The notes under the pieces are model-generated. The model was not told where the DNA came from and searched no databases. It saw only the letters and a program-made list of their open reading frames with translations. The translations under genes and the position numbers were made by a program. 64,000 bases of DNA from a virus. Its lineage: Duplodnaviria; Caudoviricetes. Shown piece after piece: positions 21,218 through 31,214 of this stretch. The DNA is taken from the IMG/VR virus record IMGVR_UViG_3300024297_000001. One strand, given 5' to 3'. The stretch's first letter is position 1. The number at the start of each line of letters is the position of its first letter.

Positions 21218-21711
21218 TACCAGTAAGTGCCGGTGATTTGTAAAGTGTATCTTGGATCAACTCCAATGTTGCTGGCCGCATGTGGAGTATCAGGTTGCCA
21301 TAAAACATATTCACCTGCTTTCCAATTTACAAATGCTTTGCTATCTACTTCAAAGTAGTGTCCTGGTTTCCAGTCTTCTAAGAAAACAATAGCACGTCTT
21401 ACTTCGTTACGTTCTTTGTTAAACACTTTACAATATGTATTATAATGATCAACGTGTGTAGGCATGATATCTAACGTATCCATTTTGTAAAATACAAAAC
21501 CAGGATTATGTAAATTAAGTAATTGTGCTACTTGAATTGCATAGTCAGGCATTGTATTACGACTGTCATACATTTTGCCTGTTGTATTTTCATGCGTATA
21601 GCCTTGCTTACGCCAAGCGTCAGACTCAGCACCTGTAATAGGTTGTCTAACGTAATTGAAGTATTTGTATCCTTCGTCCCATAATACAGGACATTTACCT
21701 TTAGTCCACAT
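21217..21711 (-). CDS. 2OG-Fe(II) oxygenase (Asp/Asn hydroxylase-like cupin)
   Basis: PTHVD (HxD) ... PHAASN (distal His) ... RYTLQITG. Confidence 0.7.
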   Translation of the reverse strand: MWTKGKCPVLWDEGYKYFNYVRQPITGAESDAWRKQGYTHENTTGKMYDSRNTMPDYAIQVAQLLNLHNPGFVFYKMDTLDIMPTHVDHYNTYCKVFNKERNEVRRAIVFLEDWKPGHYFEVDSKAFVNWKAGEYVLWQPDTPHAASNIGVDPRYTLQITGTYW

Positions 21712-22669
21712 CTCTTTTTGTATCCAATGTTACGCAGTGAAATCCACCGCCAAGTGTACGTTGATGTCGCATTGGTAACATAGCACACTCTATTCCTTGG
21801 TGCTCAAGAAGGTGTCTTAGATCCTCTTGGTGTTCTTCTAATGCAACTAACTTTGTATTTACACTAAACAAGTTCATGTTAATCCACGTACTTGCATTAC
21901 ACCATTTAGGATAGTGGCCAATGTCTACAGGTTCAGGACACCATATAATATCCCAATTTCTAAATGGCTCAGGTAAATCTTCTCTTACTTTTATTCTACT
22001 TGGATTAACAAGTAATAACCCTTCACGTAAAAATGCAACAGTACTGTCAATATGCATGTAACTATAAACATTTTGTAATAGGTTTACTTTAGCAGTAGCA
22101 CCTAAGGCACCTTGTAATAAATTTGCACCTAACTTGTTTGCACTATTACTAACCAAGTATAACAGTTGGTCGTTTGCACGAATTATATTCGCGGCATCAA
22201 AAGCAGGACTGTATTCATTAAGTGCTAAAATATCTTTATTGCCAATACATTCTTTATTGTATAATTGACTTTCGTTGAAGCAACGTATTTCTTTTGGGTT
22301 ATCTAAATGATCTTCAAATGCTCTCCACTCGCCTTTTCTTGCACGTATAGGCATTGGTGTAGCAAGTGTTAGGTTACCATGTATAAACACACTGTCTCGA
22401 GGACAGTAATTATAGTAATGACAATCTGTTTTCTCTGGACGTACAACTTCTACACTTTCTGCTTGTAAAAATTTTACAAATGTTTCTAAGTCTTCATTTG
22501 CTTCTTCAATAACTTTACTTGGGTAAGGACCTTTGATAATTTCTGTTTCGTCTTTTTTATCTGCAAAATTAACACAACGTAAACTAATATCTATATCATA
22601 AGGTATCTTGGCTTTGTCTGCAATGCCAACAATTACTTTTCTAAGTTGTCCCCATTCGTTTGTGTTCAT
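21701..22669 (-). CDS. Amidinotransferase (glycine / inosamine-phosphate amidinotransferase family)
   Basis: NEWGQLRKVIVG, YCPRD, FDAAN, HID and C-terminal GGFHCVTLD (catalytic Asp/His/Cys). Confidence 0.9.
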   Translation of the reverse strand: MNTNEWGQLRKVIVGIADKAKIPYDIDISLRCVNFADKKDETEIIKGPYPSKVIEEANEDLETFVKFLQAESVEVVRPEKTDCHYYNYCPRDSVFIHGNLTLATPMPIRARKGEWRAFEDHLDNPKEIRCFNESQLYNKECIGNKDILALNEYSPAFDAANIIRANDQLLYLVSNSANKLGANLLQGALGATAKVNLLQNVYSYMHIDSTVAFLREGLLLVNPSRIKVREDLPEPFRNWDIIWCPEPVDIGHYPKWCNASTWINMNLFSVNTKLVALEEHQEDLRHLLEHQGIECAMLPMRHQRTLGGGFHCVTLDTKRDVD

Positions 22670-23250
22670 TTAAAAACCTTCATGTCTGGAAGATATGGAT
22701 AATCATTACTGCTCCATTCCTTTGTTGGTTCAGTAACGTTTTCTAATTTTTCAATACCAAGTTGTGCAGTTTCTGGAGTCATATAATAATGATATCCTAT
22801 GTATTGAATGTCTTGTTCGCCCCATGGCTTATCATCTGTTCTACCATCATGTGCCATTGCTTTTAATACTGCATAGTCTGTTTCATTAGGACATAATATT
22901 GCACCGCCTCTACCTAAACTTAACATTTTCTTATGTTGAAAACTCAAACACTTATAGGTGTTAGGCATGTAACTATTACGTTTGAAACTAACAGCACCGT
23001 CTATAATTCTTGTACCACCTAATACATATTCTTCATTCCAAGAAGCATCAACAAACTCCCAATCAATGTTTAACTTCATTAATGTAAATGGAATACTAAT
23101 ATACGTTCTTGTAGGTATCTTTACGTGGTTAGGCTTTAGATATCGTAAACAAAGTTCAATAGAATGGGTACAACTATCCGTTGCAACGGCAAATGGTGCA
23201 TTATAATACTCTGCAATGCGTTTTTCGAACTCTTTCACGGTTTCAAACAT
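22666..23250 (-). CDS. DegT/DnrJ/EryC1/StrS PLP aminotransferase, short form (194 aa)
   Basis: FEKRIAEYYNAPFAVATDSCT, IIDGAVSF, LSFQHKKML..GRGGAI, GYHYYMT; start reassigned to ATG 23250. Confidence 0.8.
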   Translation of the reverse strand: MFETVKEFEKRIAEYYNAPFAVATDSCTHSIELCLRYLKPNHVKIPTRTYISIPFTLMKLNIDWEFVDASWNEEYVLGGTRIIDGAVSFKRNSYMPNTYKCLSFQHKKMLSLGRGGAILCPNETDYAVLKAMAHDGRTDDKPWGEQDIQYIGYHYYMTPETAQLGIEKLENVTEPTKEWSSNDYPYLPDMKVFK

Positions 23251-23255
23251 ACACA

Positions 23256-23263
23256 TATTTATA
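23256..23263 (-). promoter_or_regulatory. Perfect T4 late consensus TATAAATA, 5 nt before ATG
   Basis: Minus strand reads TATAAATA-tgtgt-ATG(23250). Confidence 0.7.
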
Positions 23264-23274
23264 TGCGTAGTTAA

Positions 23275-23280
23275 TAAGTA
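23275..23280 (+). promoter_or_regulatory. Variant late box TAAGTA (divergent partner)
   Basis: aTAAGTA in the divergent intergenic region, ahead of the 23348 operon. Confidence 0.4.
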
Positions 23281-23347
23281 ATAGTGTGAGTGAAATTATT
23301 AAATTATCCGTATGGTCTGAAAAATATCAAAATATTGGAGAGAACGC

Positions 23348-24532
23348 ATGAATATAGGATTTTTAGGAGTCGGTAAACTCGGTATACCATGTGCAGAAGA
23401 AATAGTCAAAAAAGGTCATACAGTTTTTGGTTATGATACTGCTAAAATTACCAGCGAATTAATTATACAAAAGCCTACAATCAAAGATGCAGTAACTGGT
23501 GCAGACATTGTGTTTGTTGCAGTACCAACACCGCATCACGAAGATTATGACGGTAAACGTCCTACAAGTCATTTACCACCAAAAGATTTTAATTACGATA
23601 TTGTAAATGATGTTCTTGAAGAAGCAGACATGCATATGACAAAGGATCAATTGCTTGTTCTTATCAGTACAGTATTACCAGGTACAACACGTAGAGAATT
23701 TGTACCACGTGTTACACATACACGTTTTGTATATAACCCATATCTAATTGCAATGGGTACTGTGGGTTGGGATATGATTAATCCTGAGATGGTAATGATA
23801 GGAACTGACGATGGTAGCGAAACAGGTGATGCAAAACAATTAAAAGAATTTTATCAAAGCATTATGGAAAATGACCCACGCTATGTTATAGGAACATATG
23901 ACGAGTGCGAATGTATCAAAGTGTTTTACAATACATTTATTTCTACTAAATTAAGTTTTGTTAACATGATTCAAGATGTTGCACAACGTCAAGGTAACAT
24001 TAATGTTGACGTAGTAACAAAAGCCTTAGCAGAAAGTACACAACGTATAATGAGTCCTGCATATATGACAGCAGGCATGGGTGATGGTGGTAGTTGTCAC
24101 CCAAGAGATAATATTGCTTTACGTTACATGGCAAAAGAATTAAATTTAGAATATGATATTTTTGATAACATTATGAAAGCAAGAGAAATACAAGCAAAAA
24201 ATCTTGCAAAGTTTGTTGTTGAAACAAAAAAGAAATATGGCGGAAGTATTTTCTTAAATGGTATATCATACAAACCAGGCGTACCTTACATTGACGGAAG
24301 TTATGCACTACTTGTTGATCACTATGTTAAGGAACTTGGACACAGTATGATTTACATTGATCCACTTGCAAGTGAAATGCCAAGTAGTCAAGTAAGCCTT
24401 GGAGGTATTATTTTACTTGCACACCCAACCCCGTACTTAGAATACTCAACAGACTCAGTGTTTATTGATCCGTGGAGAAAAATGAAACCTAATTCTAAGT
24501 ATCTTGTCATACAATACGGAAACACAAGATAA
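23348..24532 (+). CDS. UDP-glucose/GDP-mannose dehydrogenase family
   Basis: GFLGVGKLG Rossmann motif, VAVPTP, STVLPGTT, K.FYNTFIS.K, GGSCHPRD. Confidence 0.9.
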   Translation: MNIGFLGVGKLGIPCAEEIVKKGHTVFGYDTAKITSELIIQKPTIKDAVTGADIVFVAVPTPHHEDYDGKRPTSHLPPKDFNYDIVNDVLEEADMHMTKDQLLVLISTVLPGTTRREFVPRVTHTRFVYNPYLIAMGTVGWDMINPEMVMIGTDDGSETGDAKQLKEFYQSIMENDPRYVIGTYDECECIKVFYNTFISTKLSFVNMIQDVAQRQGNINVDVVTKALAESTQRIMSPAYMTAGMGDGGSCHPRDNIALRYMAKELNLEYDIFDNIMKAREIQAKNLAKFVVETKKKYGGSIFLNGISYKPGVPYIDGSYALLVDHYVKELGHSMIYIDPLASEMPSSQVSLGGIILLAHPTPYLEYSTDSVFIDPWRKMKPNSKYLVIQYGNTR

Positions 24533-25344
24533 TGTTTTACACTAAGGATCATCCGTTATTATATTTTCCTGAAATAGCAGGTAAAAGTTTACAATGGTAT
24601 TGTGGTGACGATTTAGAAAACTACAATCAGTACAACAAAGAAGGTTGGGAGTATCATAATACTGCTGATAAGTTAGAATACAACTTTAACAGTCTTGGAT
24701 ATCGTACAAAAGAATTAACGGGTCTTAATAACGATTATATTTTAGTGTTCGGGTGCAGTTATACTGAAGGCGTAGGTTTATACGAAGAACAAATATGGTG
24801 TAATAAAATTAGCAAGATGTATGATATAGACGTAATAAACTTAGCCAAAGCAGGTACAGGACCTGATATTGTTGCGTTAAATACACAATTATTCATAAAG
24901 AACAAATTTGTACTTCCTAAATGCGTCTTAATTCAATGGCCACAATCGTCACGAAAAAGTTTTGCATACACTGAAAAGAAATTGTTTACTAATCAAATAA
25001 GATTAGAAGATAGGAATATTATGTTCCTTCCAGACGGAACTGAAGAAGAATACGAAATGATGGACTCAGTTTGGTACCACAAACGTTGGGTTCATGAACA
25101 AGGACAAATGAATTATGAGAATTTGTATCATCTAAATAGTGTAAACAATATATGGAACGCACTTGGTGTGCCTGTACATAATTGGACATTCCAAGCAGAC
25201 TTTAAAACAAAGTATGACAAAGATATGGTACAAACAGTAAAAACAAAGATGACTGGTCGTGCAAGAGATGAGGCCCATGACGGAGAAAGCATACACGACC
25301 AAGTTGTCGCACAAATAAAGGATAAAGTAAAATGTATGATATAG
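24532..25344 (+). CDS. SGNH/GDSL-like protein
   Basis: FGCSYTEG (GxS block), INLAKAG, late D.AHDG. Confidence 0.5.
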   Translation: MFYTKDHPLLYFPEIAGKSLQWYCGDDLENYNQYNKEGWEYHNTADKLEYNFNSLGYRTKELTGLNNDYILVFGCSYTEGVGLYEEQIWCNKISKMYDIDVINLAKAGTGPDIVALNTQLFIKNKFVLPKCVLIQWPQSSRKSFAYTEKKLFTNQIRLEDRNIMFLPDGTEEEYEMMDSVWYHKRWVHEQGQMNYENLYHLNSVNNIWNALGVPVHNWTFQADFKTKYDKDMVQTVKTKMTGRARDEAHDGESIHDQVVAQIKDKVKCMI

Positions 25345-26021
25345 TCTTCATAAGTTACGGCGAACCAAACGCTGATGAAAACTGGAAACATATTAAGCAA
25401 ATGTTTCCTATGGCGAAACGTGTAAAAGATGTTAAAGGTTTACATCAAGCACACATTGCCGCGGCTAAAAAATGTTTTACAAAAATGTTCTGGGTTATTG
25501 ATGCTGATGCAGAGTTAATGCCAGACTTTGATTTTAATTTTGAGGTTTCCGAGTGGGATTTAGAAACAGTGCATGTATGGCGAAGTATAAATCCGATCAA
25601 CGACTTGGAATACGGGTATGGAGGTGTAAAGTTATTACCGCGATCACTCACACTGAACATGGACACTTCCATGCCCGACATGACTACAAGTATCAGTGAT
25701 AAGTTCAAAGCAATGCCAGAGATAAGTTGCGTAACAGGATTTAACACTGATCCTTTGAGTACTTGGCGTGGAGCATTTAGAGAATGTGCAAAATTAGCAA
25801 GTAAAACTATTCCAGGACAAGTAGATGAAGAAACAGAGAAGCGTTTGGAAACATGGCTTACTGTTGGTGCTGAAAGACAGTACGGAAAGATTGCAATGCA
25901 CGGAGCGGCATGTGGTAAGCAATTTGGAGAACACTATAGAGGCAATGTAGAAGCACTTGCAATGTTAAATGATTTTGATTATTTAGAAGAGGAGTTTAAT
26001 GAACACAAAGATTCCTTTTAA
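25332..26021 (+). CDS. Glycosyltransferase-like protein (GT-A, DAD motif)
   Basis: YDIVFISYGEPNADENW...WVIDADA; paralog of 17736-18623. Confidence 0.6.
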   Translation: MYDIVFISYGEPNADENWKHIKQMFPMAKRVKDVKGLHQAHIAAAKKCFTKMFWVIDADAELMPDFDFNFEVSEWDLETVHVWRSINPINDLEYGYGGVKLLPRSLTLNMDTSMPDMTTSISDKFKAMPEISCVTGFNTDPLSTWRGAFRECAKLASKTIPGQVDEETEKRLETWLTVGAERQYGKIAMHGAACGKQFGEHYRGNVEALAMLNDFDYLEEEFNEHKDSF

Positions 26022-26958
26022 GGATATTGTCAGCCTTGGACAAAAGACAATGCTGGATACTAATCTATTCAGCGTTAGTTGGATCCTCGGCAGGTTTTGT
26101 AATTACAAGTGTAGTTACTGTTGGCCTTATGCTAACACTGACAAGCCAGACTATCAGGAATTAGAAATCTATAAAACATCTATTGATGAAATTAAGAAAC
26201 AAGCAAAAGCAAATGGCTTTGACAAGTTTCATTTTAGTTTTAGTGGAGGAGAGCCTACAGCATACAAAGGCTTTTTAGATTTAGTTAATCACTATGAAGA
26301 TTATGAAAGTGAATACCTAAGCATACACATGACAAGTAATTGTAGTCCAGCAAAGAAATGGTGGAAGAAGTTTTTAGATGTTACAGATGTTATGGACAGA
26401 AGAAGTATTACAGCAAGTTTTCATGCAGAATTTGCAAATGAAAAAGAATTCGGAGATAAACTTTTATATCTCCAAGACGAAGGTGTACTTGTAACTATTA
26501 ATCAAGTTATGGTACCCGAACTATGGGAGGAATATTATGCCAGAAGTAAAAGATTTATTGAACGGGGTTTACACGTTACTCTTAAGCCTCAGTCTGATCC
26601 TACCGCTTCTTTTGTGGTTGATGGTTATACCGAGGAACAAAAAGAAATATTGCGTACCGAAAGCGAACAATCGGTCCATCAAGTATCGCTCAAAGATGTT
26701 AATGGAGTAGAATACAGTATTGACCAAGCAGAAAGATTAAATGCTTTTGGTTTTAATAAATTTAAAGGTTGGGAATGTAATAGCGGATATCAAAGTTGTA
26801 TAATTAGAAACAATGAAGTTAAACGTAGTTACAGTTGCCATGATACACCATTAGGAACATTAACTGAAGGGTTCAGTTTGTTTGATAAGCCAATGCCTTG
26901 TATTACACCAAGTTGTGTAAGCAGTGCAGATAGTAAAATACCAAAGAGAAAAATATGA
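25999..26958 (+). CDS. Radical SAM protein with C-terminal Cys cluster
   Basis: CNYKCSYC, SGGEP; C-terminal WECNSG...SC...PC.TPSC. Confidence 0.9.
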   Translation: MNTKIPFKDIVSLGQKTMLDTNLFSVSWILGRFCNYKCSYCWPYANTDKPDYQELEIYKTSIDEIKKQAKANGFDKFHFSFSGGEPTAYKGFLDLVNHYEDYESEYLSIHMTSNCSPAKKWWKKFLDVTDVMDRRSITASFHAEFANEKEFGDKLLYLQDEGVLVTINQVMVPELWEEYYARSKRFIERGLHVTLKPQSDPTASFVVDGYTEEQKEILRTESEQSVHQVSLKDVNGVEYSIDQAERLNAFGFNKFKGWECNSGYQSCIIRNNEVKRSYSCHDTPLGTLTEGFSLFDKPMPCITPSCVSSADSKIPKRKI

Positions 26959-27707
26959 AAATAGGAATAGCAGGATACGGATATGTCGGTAAAGCCATTG
27001 CCGAATCTATGAAAGACAAATACGAAGTGCTAATTAACGATCCAGCACTTGGTCATAAAGCAAGTTTTAAAGAAGTACAGGCACTTATAGTGTGTGTAAG
27101 CACACCAAGAAGTTCAGCAGGTTATTGTGTAATGGATAATGTGTATCAGGTAATAGAAAAAGCATCTAATGAGATTCCTATACTAATTAAAAGCACAATT
27201 AGTCTTGAAGGTTGGCGTATGCTTAAAGATACGTTTCCTGAAAAGGAAATAACATTCAGTCCAGAGTTTTTAACTGCCGCAAATGCAAACTCAGACTTTG
27301 CAAACACGCAACAAATTTTACTTGGTGGAGATAATACACAGTTTTGGTCAGGATTTTTTGTAGACTTACTTGGTACTGTTGATGTAAAGATTGCAGATCC
27401 AGAAGATCTTGTAATAGCCAAGTATGTACGTAACAGTTATCTTGCATTAAAGGTTACATATTTTAATCAGTTGTATGATTTCTGTGAAAAAGCAGGTGTA
27501 GACTTTGAACAAGTAAGGAAATATGTTGCAGATGACTCTCGTATAGGATACAGTCATACTAATGTAACAAAAGAACGTGGATTTGGTGGGCATTGTTTTC
27601 CTAAAGACGTAGATGCGTTCTTACATCAAGCAAAAGGATATAATACTGAACTTTCACTGCTTGAAGAAGCAGTTAAATATAATAGTAAGATTAGAAATGA
27701 AAATTGA
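26955..27707 (+). CDS. NDP-sugar dehydrogenase, short form lacking the C-terminal domain
   Basis: GIAGYGYVG, CVSTP, IKST, SPEFL, KYVRNSYLALK, GGHCFPKD; only 250 aa. Confidence 0.8.
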   Translation: MKIGIAGYGYVGKAIAESMKDKYEVLINDPALGHKASFKEVQALIVCVSTPRSSAGYCVMDNVYQVIEKASNEIPILIKSTISLEGWRMLKDTFPEKEITFSPEFLTAANANSDFANTQQILLGGDNTQFWSGFFVDLLGTVDVKIADPEDLVIAKYVRNSYLALKVTYFNQLYDFCEKAGVDFEQVRKYVADDSRIGYSHTNVTKERGFGGHCFPKDVDAFLHQAKGYNTELSLLEEAVKYNSKIRNEN

Positions 27708-28305
27708 TATTCAAGATATTAAGTTCTGGATGGACGCAATTCGCAATAGCGAAGATAAAGATCGTACATTAGAAACTTTCTGGGGTGGTCAAATACAATC
27801 CAAGTTATGGTTGATTGAAACTGTCGCTGAAAAAAACAAAATGATCCGAAATGCTGAAATTGTTATACATGGAGGTTGGAATGGATTGTTAGCAAGTATG
27901 CTATTCAACAGTGAAATAGGTATTAAGAAAGTTGTAAGTGTTGATGTTGATCCTGTATGCAAAGAAATTGCAACTACAGTAAACAAGAGATACGAAATGG
28001 AAGGTAAGTTTGAAGCAGTAACCTGCGATATGGTAGATTACGAATACACAGCAGAACCATACATTGTAATTAATACAAGTTGCGAACATATTACACAAGA
28101 CAAATACAAAAAGTGGTTAGCAAAAGTTCCTGATTCAGCACAAGTTGTTGTACAAAGTAATGACTACTATGAATTAGAAGAACATATTAACTGTTGTAAG
28201 AACTTAGAACAGTTTGCAAGACGAAGTTTGTTAGATGTAGATATTAAAGACGAAATAGAATTACCCAAATATAAACGTTTTATGGTTATAGGAAAGAAAA
28301 AATGA
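27697..28305 (+). CDS. Class I SAM-dependent methyltransferase-like protein
   Basis: IVIHGGWNG motif I, SVDVDP motif II, VINTSCEH; start reassigned to ATG 27697. Confidence 0.6.
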   Translation: MKIDIQDIKFWMDAIRNSEDKDRTLETFWGGQIQSKLWLIETVAEKNKMIRNAEIVIHGGWNGLLASMLFNSEIGIKKVVSVDVDPVCKEIATTVNKRYEMEGKFEAVTCDMVDYEYTAEPYIVINTSCEHITQDKYKKWLAKVPDSAQVVVQSNDYYELEEHINCCKNLEQFARRSLLDVDIKDEIELPKYKRFMVIGKKK

Positions 28306-28919
28306 TTCACAGACTTACACAATACGGTCAACTTATAGAATTAGACATCACAACAGATGCTGAGGCAATGATTGCTTGGGCAAATGAATTTGATTGGGTA
28401 AAATATAATCCACGTAAGGATATTAATCGTTGGGGTTTAAGTATTACAAGTTTAGATGGCGGTATTACAGGTGTACCAGACTTAGATAGTTTGTATGAAT
28501 ATAACAAAGAAAACAAAACAGGATATAACGAAAAAGATTTTAATGTGCCTACACCAGTTCTAAACAAACAAATAGAAGAAGTGTTAGAACCTTGGAAGGA
28601 CAATTACTATAGAACACACTTTTTAAAGTTTGGTCCAGGCGGATTCTTTCCTCCACATAGAGATTGGAACTACAGTTCAGGTAGAGCAGACAGTTTTAGA
28701 TTGATAATGCCTTTGCGTAATGTTAATCCACCTTATTTTAATTTTGTATTAGAAGATAAAATGCTACATTGGGAAGTAGGTAGACTATACTTTGTAGATA
28801 CTTTAAAAATGCACTACCTATTCAATAGTGGCTTTAATGATAGTTACTGGTTAATTGTAAATGTTGATCTAAATCCAGACACTGTTAATGCTACACTTGG
28901 GAGATTAAATCAAAAGTAA
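28302..28919 (+). CDS. 2OG-Fe(II) oxygenase (Asp/Asn hydroxylase-like)
   Basis: FPPHRD (HxD), DTLKMHYLFN. Confidence 0.65.
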   Translation: MIHRLTQYGQLIELDITTDAEAMIAWANEFDWVKYNPRKDINRWGLSITSLDGGITGVPDLDSLYEYNKENKTGYNEKDFNVPTPVLNKQIEEVLEPWKDNYYRTHFLKFGPGGFFPPHRDWNYSSGRADSFRLIMPLRNVNPPYFNFVLEDKMLHWEVGRLYFVDTLKMHYLFNSGFNDSYWLIVNVDLNPDTVNATLGRLNQK

Positions 28920-29917
28920 TGTATAACTACGAAGATATTACATCAATACATTTAGAAGTAACTTCTAAGTGCCAAGCAAGATGTCCTATGTGTCCAAGAC
29001 GATTACATGGCGGACCGTTACTTGAAGGCTTAGACTTGGAAGAAATATCTATTGACACTTTTAAGGAATGGTTTCCTGTAAGTTTTGTACAACAATTAAA
29101 GTTTCTTAATATGTGTGGTAACTTGGGCGATCCTATTGTTGCAAAAGACACATTAGAAATTTTTAGATATCTACGTGAAAACAATTCAGAAATGACATTG
29201 CAAATGCACACTAACGGAAGTGGTAGAACTAAAGAGTGGTGGCGCGGACTTGCAGAACTAAAAGTAAAAGTTGTGTTTGGCATTGACGGACTTGGAGATA
29301 CTCATGCACTATACAGAATAAACACTAACTGGGAAAAGATTATTAACAATGCATCACAGTTTATACACGTAGGCGGAGATGCACGTTGGGACATGCTTGT
29401 ATTCAAACATAACGAACACCAAGTTGATACTTGTGAAAAGATGAGCAAGGAGTTAGGATTCAAAGGATTTAGTATTAAACATACAACAAGATTCAAAGAC
29501 GGTAGGTTTGATGTGCTTGATGACAACTACAAAATCACACATACCTTATTGCCGTCAAGTAAGAGTCTTGAAATGATTGCTCCGGCAAAAGAAGCACAAC
29601 AAGAAAAGTTGCCTTTAATTACTTGCAAAGCAAAACAAGATAATCAAATGTACATAAGTGCAAATGGTAATGTTAGTCCTTGCTGTTGGTTAGACTTAGA
29701 ATGGTTACCACAGCACAGTGGTAGTAGAATAGATTACATGGTAAAGATTGGTAAGTTTCCTAACTTGCATAAACAATCATTTAAAGAAATATTTGACAGC
29801 AACTTCTTTAGTAGTATTAGTGGTTGTTGGACTTCAACAGGACTTGCAGAATGTTCTAAACAGTGTGGAAAGTTTGACAAACTAAATGCACAGTTTGAAA
29901 GGAAGGAACATGTCTAA
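28919..29917 (+). CDS. Radical SAM protein with C-terminal twitch domain
   Basis: CQARCPMC, CGNLGDP; ITC...YISANGNVSPCC...CSKQC. Confidence 0.9.
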   Translation: MYNYEDITSIHLEVTSKCQARCPMCPRRLHGGPLLEGLDLEEISIDTFKEWFPVSFVQQLKFLNMCGNLGDPIVAKDTLEIFRYLRENNSEMTLQMHTNGSGRTKEWWRGLAELKVKVVFGIDGLGDTHALYRINTNWEKIINNASQFIHVGGDARWDMLVFKHNEHQVDTCEKMSKELGFKGFSIKHTTRFKDGRFDVLDDNYKITHTLLPSSKSLEMIAPAKEAQQEKLPLITCKAKQDNQMYISANGNVSPCCWLDLEWLPQHSGSRIDYMVKIGKFPNLHKQSFKEIFDSNFFSSISGCWTSTGLAECSKQCGKFDKLNAQFERKEHV

Positions 29918-31214
29918 AACATTTTGTCCTTTACCTTGGATACATTTAGCAACAAGACCTAACGGCGATGTTAGAGTTTGTTGTACTGCTAATGCATCAG
30001 GTGCAGGAGTTGAAGATGACAAGACAGCAGGACTTGTTAAGAAAGACGGAGTAAGCATGAACTTGCGTGAACACACTATTGAAGAAGTATGGAATAGTGA
30101 ACACATGCGTCGAACAAGATTGCAAATGTTAAATGATGAGATACCAGCAAGTTGTCGTAAATGTTTTGCAGAAGAAAGCAAAGGTATTGTTAGCAAACGT
30201 CAATGGGAAACAGAAGTATGGAAACAACGTTTAGACATAGATAGTATTGTAGCAAAAACAGGAGAACAAGGTGACTTACCTGTAAATGTTCCTTACTTTG
30301 ATTTACGTTTAGGTAATGTATGTCAACTTAAATGTGTTATGTGTAGTCCACATGATTCAAGTAGTTGGATTAAGGAATGGAAACTAAATCATCCTAAGTA
30401 TACAAACAAAGATTTAATTAACGATCAAAGTTGGAATGAAGACTTTGATTACACTTGGTATAAGAAAGGATCGTTTCTTGATTCTATGAAAGACCAAGCA
30501 CAGCACATCAAAGAATTATATTTTGCAGGTGGCGAGCCTCTAATGATTCCTGAACACTATAACATATTACAATTTATGGTTGATGAAGGACATGCTGAAA
30601 ATTGTTGTATTAGATATAACAGTAATGGACTTGTATTGAAACCTGAACTGTTTGTGTTATGGCAACACTTTAAAGAAGTAACATTTAACTTTAGTATTGA
30701 TGCATATGGTGAAAAGAATGATTACATACGTCACCCAAGCAAATGGGCAGACATTGAAAAGAATATAAAAATACTTGATTCAAGTAATGCAAATATTAAT
30801 ATTAACATAGCGTCAGCAGTACAGATGTTTAATGTAGCACATCTTGATGAACTTGCTGAATGGAAACTTGATCAAAAGTTTAGTAAAGTAAATGCACAAA
30901 CACAAGGCGGTATGATTAGTACACACCTTGTATACTTTCCGTCTTACTTAAATGTACGAGTGTTACCAGAAGAGTATAAACAGTTTGCTAAAAAACGCAT
31001 TGAAGCATTTATAGAAAGACAAAAATTTAACACACAATGGATTCAACACCCAATGGGCCAAGTACGTTGGGAAGGTTTAATAAAATATATGATGGAAGAA
31101 GACTGGTCAGCAAAGTTACCTCAAACACTTGATTACATAAGAGTACTTGATGAACAACGTGGATTAGACTACACTAAAATATTTCCTGAACTTGGAGAGG
31201 CTTTATGCAAGTAG
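29910..31214 (+). CDS. Radical SAM protein with N-terminal SPASM/twitch-like cluster
   Basis: FCPLPWIH...GDVRVCC...SCRKC; CQLKCVMC; AGGEP; start reassigned to 29910 (SD GGAAGG). Confidence 0.9.
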   Translation: MSKTFCPLPWIHLATRPNGDVRVCCTANASGAGVEDDKTAGLVKKDGVSMNLREHTIEEVWNSEHMRRTRLQMLNDEIPASCRKCFAEESKGIVSKRQWETEVWKQRLDIDSIVAKTGEQGDLPVNVPYFDLRLGNVCQLKCVMCSPHDSSSWIKEWKLNHPKYTNKDLINDQSWNEDFDYTWYKKGSFLDSMKDQAQHIKELYFAGGEPLMIPEHYNILQFMVDEGHAENCCIRYNSNGLVLKPELFVLWQHFKEVTFNFSIDAYGEKNDYIRHPSKWADIEKNIKILDSSNANININIASAVQMFNVAHLDELAEWKLDQKFSKVNAQTQGGMISTHLVYFPSYLNVRVLPEEYKQFAKKRIEAFIERQKFNTQWIQHPMGQVRWEGLIKYMMEEDWSAKLPQTLDYIRVLDEQRGLDYTKIFPELGEALCK

